Positions 47,442 through 61,062 are shown, counted from the stretch's first letter. The stretch: 64,000 nt of DNA from Vicugna vicugna (GCA_013265495.1 MU057989.1:1319513-1383512), one strand, 5' to 3'. A program made the numbers and translations. The notes: a model not told the origin generated them from the sequence alone.

Positions 47442-50400
47442 CTCTTCCATGTCTTAGAATGTATACTGACATACAGATACTTACATTTGTATCTGAATAA
47501 TAGTCAGATTTATACAGACACTAAGTTACTGCCAGTGACTATTGCATGGGGAGGCTGTGTTCTGGGAATTTCATACTGGTGAGGAAAGTAAAGTGCATGT
47601 CTGTGGAAATTTCATGAATAGACCAGGCAAAGTGATGTGTTATCTCTTAGCTTGGATCCTAGAAGGCTTCATTGAAGAGCTAGAGTATCTAGAAAGAGAG
47701 TTTAAGGGCAATTTGTTAAGTAGTCACTGTGCTGCCTTGATTTTTCTGCCTTTTAAGTGTGGTTTTGAGGAGTGTTGCAAGTAGTTTGTTCCTAACAGTG
47801 AAATGTATGAATGTTTTGTCTTTAAAAAATAAGTTTTATTGACTTAAAGATTATCCCTGTGTCAGCTTTCATTCTGAGAGGCTTTTTAGAGTTGAAGAGA
47901 GAGCTGCTGTTTGAACTGACTACTGATAATTTCACATCCAATATATCTTTTCTACCCGCTAAGCTCCTGGCTTCTCCTAAGGGACATTGTCATTCATGTA
48001 CACATCAGACCAGATATACTGAGGGAGGAAACAGTTGAGAACCCCCATTCCTGGGAGCTGTTGCCTCGTTCATTAATACAGGGAACTAGAGAGTAGGGTA
48101 CCAGAGAGTAGGGTGGCAGCAGGCTGTCAGCTCTGTGCCCTTGACCACTCCTTCAGTGGAGGCAGGGCCTGCTGGTAATGCTGGGAAAGCCGAGCCTCTT
48201 ACTCTAAGAAAGTCCAGTGGCTGCTACTGCTGGTCCCCTGCACCACAGACACAAGCCTGTGAGGACGGGGCCAGCCTCTTGGAATTACCTGTTCTTAGTG
48301 GGGGCTTGTTTCCTTGCCGCATCTCCACCTCCCCCTCCCCCTGCTGCCAGACTCTAAGCAGTTGTGAGAAAGCCTGGGAATAATTCTTAACTCTGCAGGC
48401 CTCTAGAAAAGCCTTAAGGTCCAAAGTGAGATACAGGAGCCATCTTGTTAGATTGACCAATGCCTTAGCCAATGGAATTGCTAGTCTTGTAAGAAGTTTA
48501 TGTTGATATACTTCCTGTCTGTCACACTACTCTTTCCAAGGCAGAGTATATTTTCAGTCGACAGAAAGACAGGACTGAATAGATTTTAAACCCTCCGTAC
48601 ATGGAGGACATGCTTTCAGATTCTTGAAACCAGATGTTCTATTTCTCTGTAATTACTATGGTAATAGGTGCTATAGAAATGTGCAGACCCTATTGTGACT
48701 ACCCCTTGGTGTAGGGATGCCCCAGAGCCTCTGGCTTCATTGTACACCAAGACCTGGCAGGTCTGGCTGCTTCCCTCCAGATACCGAGCTGGGGAGGGGG
48801 AGGTCCATCCTCCCCTTTGGGACCAACCGTCTCCAGCCTTGGCATGCCCTGCTAGTCAACAAAAGCAGGGCTCGCCAGGGAACAGTCTTCTCGGGTTGCC
48901 ATGTAACCTGAGCAAGCCAAGGTGAGTGTTGTGGGGGCAGGCAGCAGCAGCTTCTGAATCTTGAATCTTCAAATGGGAGCCTGAGCATTTACTTCTCAGA
49001 AATCATAGGATTAAGCTCACTTTTCATACTAAAAAAACAAATAGCACTCAGTGGTTTAGAAAACCCTTCCACTGAGAGCATAAATGCGTGTGGTATAACC
49101 TGAGTTTCCATTTGCTAGTAGTCTGTCGTGACACCATGCTAATCTCACGTTCATGTACCCCTGGGGATTAACTGGGGACACAGCAGGAATGACCTTGCAT
49201 TCAGAAGGACTCAGGTTTGGTCCTAACTCGACTATTAACTCTCTGAGTCACCTTGGCCATGTTACTTAATTCTCTTGATCTTAGTTCCTTTGTAGTTATG
49301 GGACTCTGCTCAAAAGTGACTTAGCAAGATGTGTCCACATCTGTTAGACTTGAGTCTGGTGCTTCTCTGCACCACCTTCTCCTGTGTGAACTTGAGGGGC
49401 CAAAAGCCCTTGCAGGGATGCGACTTAGGTTCCATCGAGCCTGTTTGTAGAGAGGAAAGCACCCAGGAGCCCACAGCACTTCTAGATTTTCCAGAATGGA
49501 AATTTAGCAGAAGCATCCTAATCACCCACTCTCTCCCTCCACCCTAATGCTATTTGGAGTTGTCATTTATGAGAGGTGACACTTGTTGCACCTGAGTGAA
49601 CGGAAACGTGACTGACCACTTAGTCCACAGGACACATGCTTTCAAGATTGTTCTAAAGTTGGAATGCTTTTTGCTTGCTGGGACTTAGGGGTGACACATG
49701 GTCTTTTCAGCATTCACTGTGTTACAACTAGCTCTGCGGATGTCTGGTGCCTAGGCTTTGCTCTTAGAAAATCCTGGCCTGACCATTTTAGAATTCAGTC
49801 AGGACTTCAGTGCCCACCCCTCAGGTGCTTCTCCTGGAACTAAAGAGTCTTTGTCTTCTCAGTCCTGAGACCTGGTGGCACTCAGGGAACAGGGAGGGTC
49901 TTATATTTATTTCATTCTTAGTAGGAAGTGCTGTTTACCAGGACTCGTCTTTGGCGCCAGCAATAGTAGACTTTTGGCCCCTTCTCTGCCTTTTCATTGT
50001 TTCAGGTTTTGTCCTGGTGGCAGCTTGGAATGCTTGCTCAGTTGTATTTGAACATGCTAGAGATGAGCACACACCCTCCCTAGTGAAAAAAGCCCGCCAG
50101 AGAAGTCTTGGACTTCCTGAGTCATGTCTGTTTTTGAGGTTACTAAGAGGCTAGCTCCCTTCATTGCTTTCCGGTTTCTTGTTGCCCACATGTGCAGGTG
50201 TGTGTTGAGTAAATCTGACACAAGAGCTTTGTGTCCCTGGACTCCTCACTTTTCCAGGATTCCTTGTCTGAACTTGCTCTTTATCAAGAGGTAGTTATGT
50301 GTTCCGTGAACTGTGGGATTGAGTTCACCCAGTGATCAAAATGAAAGGGGTGAAGCTCGTGTATAAGATTTGCTGAGGAGTGGCAGCACCACACTTCAGA

Positions 50401-53400
50401 GACCTCAGGCTGCTTATTCTGCAAACTCAGAAGCTAGTGACGTGGATGATGTGGTTTCCTCGGGGTTTGGGGTTGGGGGGATCTTATCAACTGCCTTGTA
50501 GGGTCAGAGCTGACTCAACTCTATGCACTACTCCGACATCTGTCTCAGCCAGCATCGAGCAGCATCTGCAGTGTGGATTTTCTGGCTAAAGTGGTTACAG
50601 GTCTCACCTCAGAAGAACAGCAGTTCCCATTTCCTGGCGTTGCCAGGGAATGAGGACTGTCAGAAGTCCTTAGGTATGACCGACTCAGAATTACCGCATT
50701 TCACATACCTCCTCAGTGTTTCATAATCACCCAGCTTTGCCAACAACTTTCTCAAGAGATCATCCGCACTTGAACAGTGTTATATTTCACGAAGCACTTG
50801 TACACACATTAGCTCATTTAGTCCTCACAGCACACTTGAGAATACAGAGCAAAGAGAGTTTTGTTACCCAGTTTTATGGATGAGGAAACTCAGCCTTTAA
50901 AAGGTTATGACTTAGCTATGGCTGTGAAGCTACTCAGCATTGGAACTCCAGGTCTCAAGCCCAAATCCTTCTAGTTCTAAGACCATGCCTTTTGTGCAGG
51001 GCCCAGCTGCCTTTTTGTTCCTGAAGGTGAGCTGGGTCTATACCAATAATCAACAGTAAATGGGAACCTGGAAGTGGCTCCTGTAAACTGGCAGATCCAC
51101 TGAGCTCCCTCCCCCAACATTCCAGTCTCCCTGAGGTCTGGGAGCAGGGCAGGGGCAGTCAAGGGGCTGGTTAATACAGAAGATGTGTTGCACCTCCTCT
51201 GCAAATCGCTGGAAGCCAAAACTGGACCTTGGTGCAGGGTTTACCTCTATAAGCACTGGATTTTCAGCAGTGCTAAGGAGAATAGATTTATCTCCACATT
51301 CTGTCCAGGAACAGGGCTTCTTCCCCATGTTGAGAGTTTTCTGGTGTCCTAACAAGATCTGAAAAAAGCTCAGCAGGAGTGTCTCCTAGGGTAGATCAAG
51401 TAATAAATAGTTCTGAGTTCATTCTCAATTCCTTTTGTAACATTTGTGTAACTTGTTTGCTATAAAGTGATTTCATGGTCATTATCATCTTTGATCCTAG
51501 TAGTAGTCTCGTATCGTATTGAAAGCTGGGCAGATAGTCATTACACTTCACAGGGAGAGATTGGGAGGCTCTGAAGGGATGCACCTTCCTGTCCCTGGCT
51601 TCCTCCCTCCTGCTCTTGTTCCTTCCATGGTTTGTTCCCCAGATCATATATAGGGTTATAAGTAAGATGTTAGTTTACGCTTTTTATGTAGACAGATACT
51701 CAGAAAAGAACTTTTGGGTAAACAACCTGTTTGTTTTTATCTGCTGAGGCCTGCCTGCTAGGAGTGTGTGGCACCATTAAGAATTGACTTGGCCTGAGTA
51801 TGGTGTTAAACAGAAACAGATATTCTCAAAGGCAAAACGCCTTTAGGGGATATAGAGAAGGAACAATCCTATAGTCCAGTAAAGGAGTATCTTGGACTCT
51901 TGTATTCTGTGTTTATTATCCAAAAACATTTATGGGGCACATATTGCACATGGTTTCTGTGAGAGGTGATGCATCATTCTTGAACTGTGACCCTCCTGAA
52001 TATCACAATGCAAGTGAATGGGAATGTCACAATGTAAGTAGGGTGGGGATCCTAGACAAAGAAGTATACAACTGAAAGTTTCAGCAGGAAGAGTGGAAAG
52101 CACACACACATCCATGGGCTGCAGGGAAGAAAGAGGCACCAGTGACCAGAGGCAGGCCTTGAGACAGAAGACAGCCTCATTACCCACAGTACTGGCTAAG
52201 AGAAGGAGCCAGAGCCCGATGGACTGCCTGCCTCACAGGCCTGCAGGTGAGGAGCAGCCTCGCTGGGCACGGGGGGAGTGGATGAGGGACTGGGCCTGCG
52301 TGGAGCAGTCAGAGGGGCCAGGGGCCCAGTGCCCAGCTCTGTTGTGGGGAGAGCAGCCAGGGGCAGGAACTATGGGGAGACCCTGGGCTGCTGGAGCCCT
52401 GGGAGGGGAGCAGTGGACTCCGGAGGAGCAGCAGAGAAAACACAGTACTAGCTAGTAAACGCAAGAGCCAACCCAGCTGAGGCTTGCGGGGTGAGGATGG
52501 CCTTGGCCAGCTCAGAGGCATGGGAATTGTAAACAGCTCATTAGTTAGAAAATCCAGACCACAAGAGAGGGGTGGAGGTGGAGGGAAGGAAGGGAGGAGG
52601 AAGGAATCAGATCTGAAGAAAGATAAAAACTTAATTTCATACCATTTAATTCAGAGACCTAGCACCCAACTAAAAATTTTATTATTTGATTTGGTATTTT
52701 AGAATTTAACCAATATTTTATTGTCACCCCTTCCCCCCTTCCTATTTAGCTAGCTTTCTCAGTAGTCATTCCATTTGTGCATATGCAACAATTACAACTC
52801 AGGTTGGAGACTCCCCAAGGTGCAGAGCTGTACGTGATGTGGAACATGGATTGTGGATTCTGGGAAAATAAGAGTCTGAGGGAGTCTTGATCTGTCTTGT
52901 GGGATGCTTCTGGTTTAACGGGGGAAACGGGACGGTGGCAGTTGGGGGAAGATGAAGAATAGTCACCTCTTATTAATGTGACGCCAGTTCCAGACAGGAG
53001 TCAACTCTGAGCCTCTAACAGCCTTTTAGGAAGCAGGCAGGGACTCCTGATGCCCAGCAGGGAGGGAGCAGCAGTGGATCCTGAGCAGGAGTCTGAGCTG
53101 CCAGTTACCTTCCCTCTGGCTGTTTCCTCTCTGTATGTGGGTGGTAGCACTAGCTCCAGGTGGGCATCCCTTGAGCTGCGGTAGCTGGCTGCTGGCCACT
53201 GTCAATTCCAGTCAGGTGGGAGAATTGTTCTCACTTCAGGGAGCTGGTCGTTATGCCTTTCCTTCCCTTCTAGTGCTGACCAAGCTCAGCAACCCCCCAC
53301 CCCACCCCAAAAGAAAAAGAAGGAGAATGAAAAAAAAAGAGTTGTTATAGATGAAGTCTCCATTGTGCCTTTTGGGATCGCCAGGTGGGGAATGAGTGAT

Positions 53401-55269
53401 GATACAGCCTTAGATTATATTTCGTCCTACAGCAGTGCACGAGGCTAACTGACCTGAGATTTGCTGACATGGGTCTCTGAGGAGGAAGACTTAACACCTT
53501 TGAACATGTCTGTTCTTTCAAAAGCCTTAGTTCCTTGAATCTGTCATTTACCAGGGCGGAGACTTTGAAATAAGTATTCTGGGTCTGCTGGGGAGGTCCG
53601 CAGGAGGGAATATTGGTGACAGAGTTGTTGCTACTTCTCTCAGATCAGGTGTGGGAGTGAAAACCGGTAGTGATCAGGTGAACAGCTCAGAGTGTAGAAT
53701 TATCAAGTTGTGGAAGTACATTTTATAAACTGAAGGTCACAGTTTCTGGAAGTAGAAGAGAGAGAGGTCAGATTGATCTTTCTGGGATTAGTAACAGCAA
53801 AGGACCCAGGGAACTTCCTGTTGTTTAGATGGTAGAGCAGAGGGTCTTAGCTGGTTTGCTTGGTCCAGTTCCTCTCCTTCTGTTCCTCTCTCCCCTCTCC
53901 CCAGCCTTTCCCTCCCCCCCTTTCAAGAAGGAGCCAATTGCCTAAAAAGTCCAACAAATAAGTGTTTAGAGCTTTCCAGATTCCCTTCCTGTCATCATCA
54001 GTATGCTCAGTTATGCACAGTCGGAGTTAGTGTTTAGGGTCCTTTTTTGAACAAATAAGTTTAGACTTTTCCATGTGTGGGTGCAGCCTATCAACTTGTC
54101 GCAGTGATGCCAGGATTCCATTGTTTCCTGTTGTTTGAGCAGCCCTGCCCCATACTGTTAGGCTGTGTGCCTTGTTTCAGATGTCACAGTACGGCTACTT
54201 CTCATTTTGTACAGATTACTTTTAATACTTATTCAAGTGTGGGATATTCCCAGAGTGGAATATTTTGGGATCTTTTTGTTTTTGTTTTTGTTGGGGGGAT
54301 GGGGCAGCTTCTTGTTGATAACAAGAGGTTGAAGTCTAAAAAGGTTTTACATTTATTATTTGGCTTCTGATTTTATAGGGATTCCAATGGTTCTTGCAAA
54401 GAAAAAAGGATTTGGGTGTAGAGGTCACCCGGACCTTGTTTGGCCATGTAGCTTTTCAGAGACTGAAATGAATTCTATTTCTGATGTGCAAGGTGGCTCC
54501 TGAATGCCACACTGTACGGCCACTCCCTTGAGGAACAGTGATCAGGCTTTAGGGATGGATATGGGCCCCTCTTCCTCATACCCATCCTGTGTGGGTTGAA
54601 TGTACTAACGGAGCCTTCCCTAGAGTGTTCTCCTTTCCTGGCAGATGGAGCTTTTAGCACGTGTTAAGCACTCAGTATTCTTACTGCTGGGGTGGGATAA
54701 GCTGGTATCAGTTTTTCCTTCAAAGCAAAATCCTTAACCATGTTTTGAGTTTAGAACCTGTTGAAGTAGTGGACAGCAGATTGCTCTTTGCTGTCCACAG
54801 GTGGATACTGTTGGCAGAATGCATTACACCATTGCCAACCCACCTTCTTTCCTCTGGATTTGTTGTTCAATAAGTGTTTATCGAGAGCCTATTATTTTCT
54901 GGGCCCTGGAGTGAAGCATATAGCTGTGGCCCTGCCCCTGGGGCCAGAGTCAGGCCTAGGAGGAGGGAATTGGGGGCCATCAGGCAGAACCCAGTTGAAG
55001 AGGGTGGAGGGGGGAGTGTACCCAAAGGGAGCCTGATACAAATTAAATATTGCTGAGAAAAAGGTACCAAGGTAGACACCTGTGGAAGCTGGCTTTCTCT
55101 TCCCTTGTCTGTATTTTTAAGAGAATCAGAAGCCTTGTTGCTTAAATGACTACATTCTCCCAGAGCATGCAGTGATTGTCAAGTGAAACAGTTAATGATC
55201 ACATTTAGTCATGCACACAATCACTGTGTGATCATTATGCTGCATGGAGTTTACCTATTATTGCTATTG

Positions 55270-55283
55270 GTAACCTAGGCAAC
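55270..55283. promoter_or_regulatory. Candidate RFX X-box
   Basis: GTAACCTAGGCAAC fits GTNRCC-N2-RGYAAC exactly; motif only. Confidence 0.45.
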
Positions 55284-55884
55284 TGAATGACATCTGTTCT
55301 TGTCTTTATGTACTTTTAGTTTTGTCTGAAGCAGCATGGGGGCTGCAGCCCTCCGGTGCCTGGGACATGTCCCTCAGCATAGTCATATACCTTTCTAGAG
55401 GCTCTGAGGCCTTTTACTGCAGGCTTCCCTCCTGTGGGAAGCCCAGAACTCCCATCCCAGCACCGTTTCCTCTCTGCAGGCTGAGTGCTGAGTGGCTGGG
55501 GACAAATCGTGGCTCTCAGGGTCCCTAAGGGTGTGGGGCTCAGATGTTATTTCTTAAAAGCCTGTAAAATCAGATCAGTATGGACAAGCTGATGGAAGGC
55601 CAATATGGGGCTTATTCTGAGCTGGTAAAATGTCTACCTTGACCCCTCAGAAAGAGGACGCATAGCTAGGTAGCCTTTTGCCATCTCTGTGGACTGTCCC
55701 ATTTCTAGCTTTTTTCATATTGTTCCTTGATCTGGAGGCACTTCCTCTCCCTTACCCCAATTCTTGTCTGTTGTTGAGGGTCTGCACCATACCGTTCACC
55801 AGCATTATTATAGAGGAGAATATATCTGATCTGGAGTCGAGAGAAGTTCCCATTTCCATGTTATGCTATTTCTTTTCTTTCTCT

Positions 55885-56300
55885 TTTTTTCCCCCAGCTT
55901 TATTGAGGTATAATTGACAAATAAAATTGTAATATATTTAAAGTGATTTGATACATGCATATATTGTGAAAGGATTTCCGTGGTCAAGTTAACACACGTA
56001 TCACCTCGTATATTTACCCTTTTCTTACTGAGAACCCTTAGGATCTATTAGTAAACTTCAGTTATGCAGTACAGTATTATCACCTGTATGTCACCATACT
56101 GTTCATTAGATTCTCAGACCTTTTTCATATTATAACTGAAAATTTGAACCCTTTTACCGGCCGTTCTCCCTTTGCCCCCAACTGCCAGTCCCTGGCAGCC
56201 CCCATCCTACTCTCTTGTTTCTGTGAGTTGAACTTGTTTTGTTTTTGTGTTTTAAGATTCCACATATAAGTGATACTATGCTTTGTCTGACTTATTTCCC
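55885..56300 (-). mobile_element. L1 (L1MA-like) 3' end
   Basis: CAGCTTTATTGAGGTATAATTGACAAATAAAATTGTA..AGATTCCACATATAAGTGA. Confidence 0.8.
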
Positions 56301-57872
56301 TTTCTGCTGTTTTCTAAGCGTTCTTGGACAACCTCAGTAAGCCTCAATCAAAATGCAAGTACAAGCCATCATATCTAATATTTACTAAGTGCTTACCTCA
56401 TGGCAGGCAGTGTGCTAAAAGCCTTCTGTGTTCTCACTTAATCCTTCCTATCATTAATCCCATTGTATAAATGCTAAATCTAAAGGTGAGAAAAGGTTCA
56501 GAAAGATCCTGCTGAGCAAACCATGCCTTACATCATTCCAAAAGATAACAAAGATGTAACTACATGCCTAGAGAAGACTCAGAAGGGATGTATAGCAACA
56601 GATTAACAGTGGTTATATCTGTGGGGTGAGATAGAGATTGTTTTTTTATTGTCTTCTTGTACCTTTCAAGGACCATTTCTTATACTTCTTTGTCCCTGTT
56701 GACACCTGTTTCCAGGTGGAGCTCACTAATGCCCAGTAGATAGATGCTGGTTGAGGTAGAAAGTTAGTCTCTTTCTTTGGGCTGATTTGGCCCCCGTCTT
56801 GGTAGCTCTGGCTTTGTGTTACTTTGTTAGTTGTTGGTGCAGCTGTGCTGCTGTTCACCTGAGAAGTTCCCCAGATGGGCTGCCCCTTTGCACTGTCAGG
56901 GTGGAGGGTGAGCTTGTTGTGTTCAGGGACCGCATCTCCCTGGCTGACGAAGGCTCAGCCCTGGCAGCCGGCAGCGGGCACTGATTGGCTAACTTGTGTT
57001 ATTCCCTTCGGCCTAGCAGAGTCTGGAGTGGGGTGAGGACAGTCTGCTGGCTTGGTGACTCAGTGTAGCTGATGCAGGTTGTCAGGTGCCTTTCGAACTG
57101 CTATGCTTTAAAGCAGGGCTGCTCTGAATGGCCCGGCTTAACCCCCCAATTCATGCCCAGCTCTGCTGCCCTCTGCGCAAGGCCATCTGTCTTTGACAGG
57201 TAGGATGGTCTGGCCTCAGGGGTGCTTGCTGCTGAACTGAGAGCCCCTGCACTACTGCTTTTTTTTTTTTTTAATGATTCTTTGTCTTTGTTTCTTATGT
57301 TTTAGGTAACTTTTTATTTTGATATAATTTCAAGCATACAGTAAAATTGTAAGAATAGTACGTTGAACTCGTGTACCTTTTAAAACGCATATTTCACCTT
57401 CAGCATTTTGTCTCATTTGCTTTGCTTTCATGTCCTCTTGCCACCCCCGCCCGCCCCACATATGTGCATGTACACAGACTCTTTCTGCACCATGTGACAA
57501 TAAGTTGCAGGTAGTATGTCCCTTTACTTTTGAATACCTCAGTACGTATTTCCTAAAACAAGGACATTCTCTTAAATAATCCCAATGCAGTTATAAAAAA
57601 CAGCAAGTTCAGCGTCAGTACAGTATTACCTAATCCACTGTCTATATTCAAATTTTTTCCATATGCAGCTATGGTACCAGTAATGGCAGACCTTCATTTT
57701 TAAGGAAAACACTCCTGAGGCATGTGGGTGACTCCTCAGTCACACCGGCTTGGAGGAGAGCAGATCCAGCAGGTGTTTGGGGGAAGTGACAGTCGTGGGT
57801 ACTGCATCACCAGCTCCTCGTGTCTCTACAGGACCGGAGGAGTGAGAGCAGCAAGAACCACACTTGGCAACG

Positions 57873-57958
57873 ATGTCAGCAGAACTGGAGACCTCAGAGG
57901 GGCTGGATGAATCGGAGAAAAAGAGCTCCAGGGCCTCAGAAAAAGAAAACCACACCAG
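57873..57958 (+). CDS. HMOX2: HMOX2 first coding exon (exon starts 57832, 41 nt of 5' UTR)
   Basis: Acceptor ctacag| at 57831; ATG 57873: MSAELETSEGLDESEKKSSRASEKENHT(R); donor AG|GTGAGC. Confidence 0.96.
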
Positions 57959-59181
57959 GTGAGCCATGGGGGCTGGCCGTGTTGAGTCAGGTGGGCCCAG
58001 GGCCTGCCACGCCCAGCACACTTGGCTTCATATGCTGGGGGTACCAGGTGTGGTCAGAGTTTGTGCTGCTGTGGCCGCTGGGGTGCCAGGCTGGAACCGC
58101 AGAGGCTGCAGAGACAGTGGACGGCGGCCTGGGCCGCTCTACACTCTTCCCCATTCCTTCTCACCATCATCTCATGCGAGGAGGCAGGACAGATACTGCT
58201 GGGAGTGCTGAAGGTAGCATCTGATGGTATTTCTGGTCCTTCTTTCTTCTTAAAACCCTAAGCATTTTGTCATTGGGTGAAAAAGGGTCATCAGAGACAA
58301 AGCTGGCACCTTTCCCAGTGTCTTCTACCCTTTCAAATGTGAGAGCAACTCTAACTTCAGGGTTTTTCTTACTGGAGAGGGACAGTTCACTTGAAGCCTC
58401 ATGTTACCCGGGCGTGTTCTTCATCATTCTTATCCTCTCCTTATAGCCCTGTCATTGGCAAAGCTCTGTTTTTGTATCTTGAAATAATTGCTAATAATAA
58501 ACTATTCTCAGCACTGGGTGATATGAGCCAGTCTCCAGGCTGGGCCTTGAGAAGCCAAGTTTTTCTTGCTCAAGTGGATGATGGTGTGGACACACAGGCG
58601 CCCCTGCACAGTGTGTTCTCTGCCTTGTCTGGTATTGGAGTATGTCAGCACCACTCCATCCTGCGTCACTTTGTTAAGCAGCACAGAGCTAGGTCCTGGC
58701 TCCACCATCCCCAGCCTTGATCTCATTCTTACCCTCCTACACTTGGGCCCAGCCACACATAATCCTGAAGAGGTTGTGGGTTCAAGGTAGGAGAATGGCA
58801 GCAGGGCCGCCCCAGGAGGTATACAGTCGGTCCTCCTCCATGGCGTGGGTTCCGGGAGACAAGCTCCCGAAGGCTGGCTGTTGCCTGAAGCCAGCAAATT
58901 ATGGTAGGATTAGAAGTGCGTGTTTCTTTGGGCACTAGTGGCCACAGAAGCAAAACATGACTCATTTGAGTGGTTCAGAGAGACATGGACATTCTTGAGG
59001 AGTAGGTCACAGTCATCCAGGGTGTCTCGCAAGTCCTTAGAGCAGACTCCTGTCTGCCTGCCCTGTGCTCCTTGATTAAGAGGCTGGAGTCATGTTTCTG
59101 AGCAGCCTTTGCCTCTAGCTCAGCAAGTGGTCCCCCTGGAGCTGGGGAAGGCTAATTCACACACACACACTCTTTCCCTAG

Positions 59182-59299
59182 GATGGCGGACCTCTCTGAA
59201 CTCCTGAAGGAAGGGACCAAGGAAGCACATGACCGGGCAGAAAACACCCAGTTTGTCAAGGACTTCTTGAAAGGAAACATCAGGAAAGAGCTGTTTAAG
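59182..59299 (+). CDS. HMOX2: HMOX2 exon with proximal heme ligand His45
   Basis: ccctag|G ATG GCG...: [39 protein letters not shown]; His45 codon 59228-59230; donor AAG|GTTTGT. Confidence 0.98.
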
Positions 59300-59684
59300 G
59301 TTTGTGCCCTCGGTCCTGGACTGGGTTGGGCTGGGGGTGTTAGTGCCATGAGGAAGGCCCCCCTGGAGCTGCTCTGAGGGAAAAGCTGGGCCTTTCTCTA
59401 CGCTCCATGCTTTCTCAACGTCAGGCTGTGGTTTCATGTCTTAAGTGATGTAAAGGAAGTGAGCCACATTCCGAAGAATTCACCATGCCATTCCTTTAAG
59501 AAACAAAAGCTTCCTGCACGTGTGAAGTGATTCACTTCCTAAAAGTGGGCCTTAGGGGAACAGAGGGGGGTGCTACACAAGCCTTTGTCTGCAGCTGTTC
59601 AGATGTGTGGGTGGTGGGCTCAGGAGTTGCTGGCTGAGGCCCAGGCCCTGCCCTTGCTCATGGTGTCCCCATCGCCCTCGGCAG

Positions 59685-60176
59685 CTGGCCACTACTGCGC
59701 TGTACTTCACGTACTCGGCACTTGAGGAGGAAATGGACCGCAACAAGGACCACTCAGCCTTCGCCCCCTTGTACTTCCCCATGGAGCTGCACCGGAAGGC
59801 GGCACTAACCAAGGACATGGAGTATTTCTACGGTGGGGACTGGGAGGAGCAAGTGCAGTGCTCTGAGGCCACCCGAAGGTATGTGGAGCGGATCCACTAC
59901 GTGGGGCAGAATGAGCCAGAGCTGCTGGTGGCCCACGCCTACACCCGCTACATGGGGGACCTGTCGGGGGGCCAGGTGCTGAAGAAGGTGGCCCAGCGGG
60001 CCCTGAAGCTCCCCAGCACAGGGGAGGGGACCCAGTTCTACCTGTTTGAGAACGTGGACAATGCGCAGCAGTTCAAGCAGTTGTACCGGGCCAGGATGAA
60101 CGCCCTGGACCTGGACATGAGGACCAAAGAGAGAATCGTGGAGGAGGCCAACAGGGCCTTCGAGTACAACATGCAG
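59685..60176 (+). CDS. HMOX2: HMOX2 core catalytic exon (492 nt)
   Basis: [17 protein letters not shown]...[22 protein letters not shown] (heme oxygenase signature)...AFEYNMQ; AG/GT boundaries in phase. Confidence 0.98.
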
Positions 60177-61062
60177 GTACTACCAGGGGCTGGGTGGGAA
60201 GGGGCCTCTGACTGAGGGGCCCCCTGAGCTGTCTGAAGGGGCATCAGTGCACTAGGACAGGTGAACTGCAGCCTGCCCGAGAGAAGGGTGAGGGACCACA
60301 TAGGCCAGAGGGCATGAACCCAGCGATGGCGCCGCCTTGTTTGATAGAGCCTGTGTGCATGTTTTCGGAAGGCGCAGCCCCGCACAGAGGGGCTGGGGAG
60401 AATGGAGCTCTCTCTCACCACAGGATTCTGGTCTTGAGGAATGGATTTCCCCCTTTTTAGCAAGGGTTGCTATGAAGAGTCCTACTTGAACAGTTCAGGG
60501 AGAGTGAGAAGAATGACTCAGTTTACTAGAAGCCGTTAGATGGGCCCAAGCCTGGGGAGAGAGCCCAGGCCCAGCCCTCAGCACCAGGAGCGTGGCCACA
60601 GGAGGCAGTGAAGCGCCAACCTGACCATAGGCTTGGCAGCCCTCTAGCCTGATGTCTGTAGGCCTCTGAGGGCCACTCAGGATGAGTCAGCCCTGCCAGG
60701 GCCTCATTCTCCCATGTTCCTCTTTTTCTATCAGTTCTTGCTAAAAACACCCATTAGAAATAGGGAAGTACTGGTGCTTACATGGGCAGCACTTTTGCTT
60801 TCTCCTCCTGTCTGTCCCCTGGTAGTTTCAGCTGTGGGCTGTGTGTTAGTCGGGGTAGCACAGGTGCGGCCACACCTCGCAGTGCTCATGCTCAGGAGGG
60901 CTGCCAGGTCAGCGTGGCCGCCTGGCTGCTGACTGGGGCTGCTGCTGTGTGCTCCTGAGCAAGCCTCACCTGCTCCAGCTCCCTGTGTGTGGGGGAGACA
61001 GTCTTCTCTGAAAGCAGAGTGTACACAGTACAGTGATGGCTGTTGATCCTCTGCACCTGCAG

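Noticed and set aside
43955..52035. Small local direct duplications (~43956 CTGTGGATGCT x2, ~48088 AGAGAGTAGGGT x2, ~51997 AATRTCACAATGYAAGT x2)
   Set aside because: Ordinary slippage duplications with no further structure.
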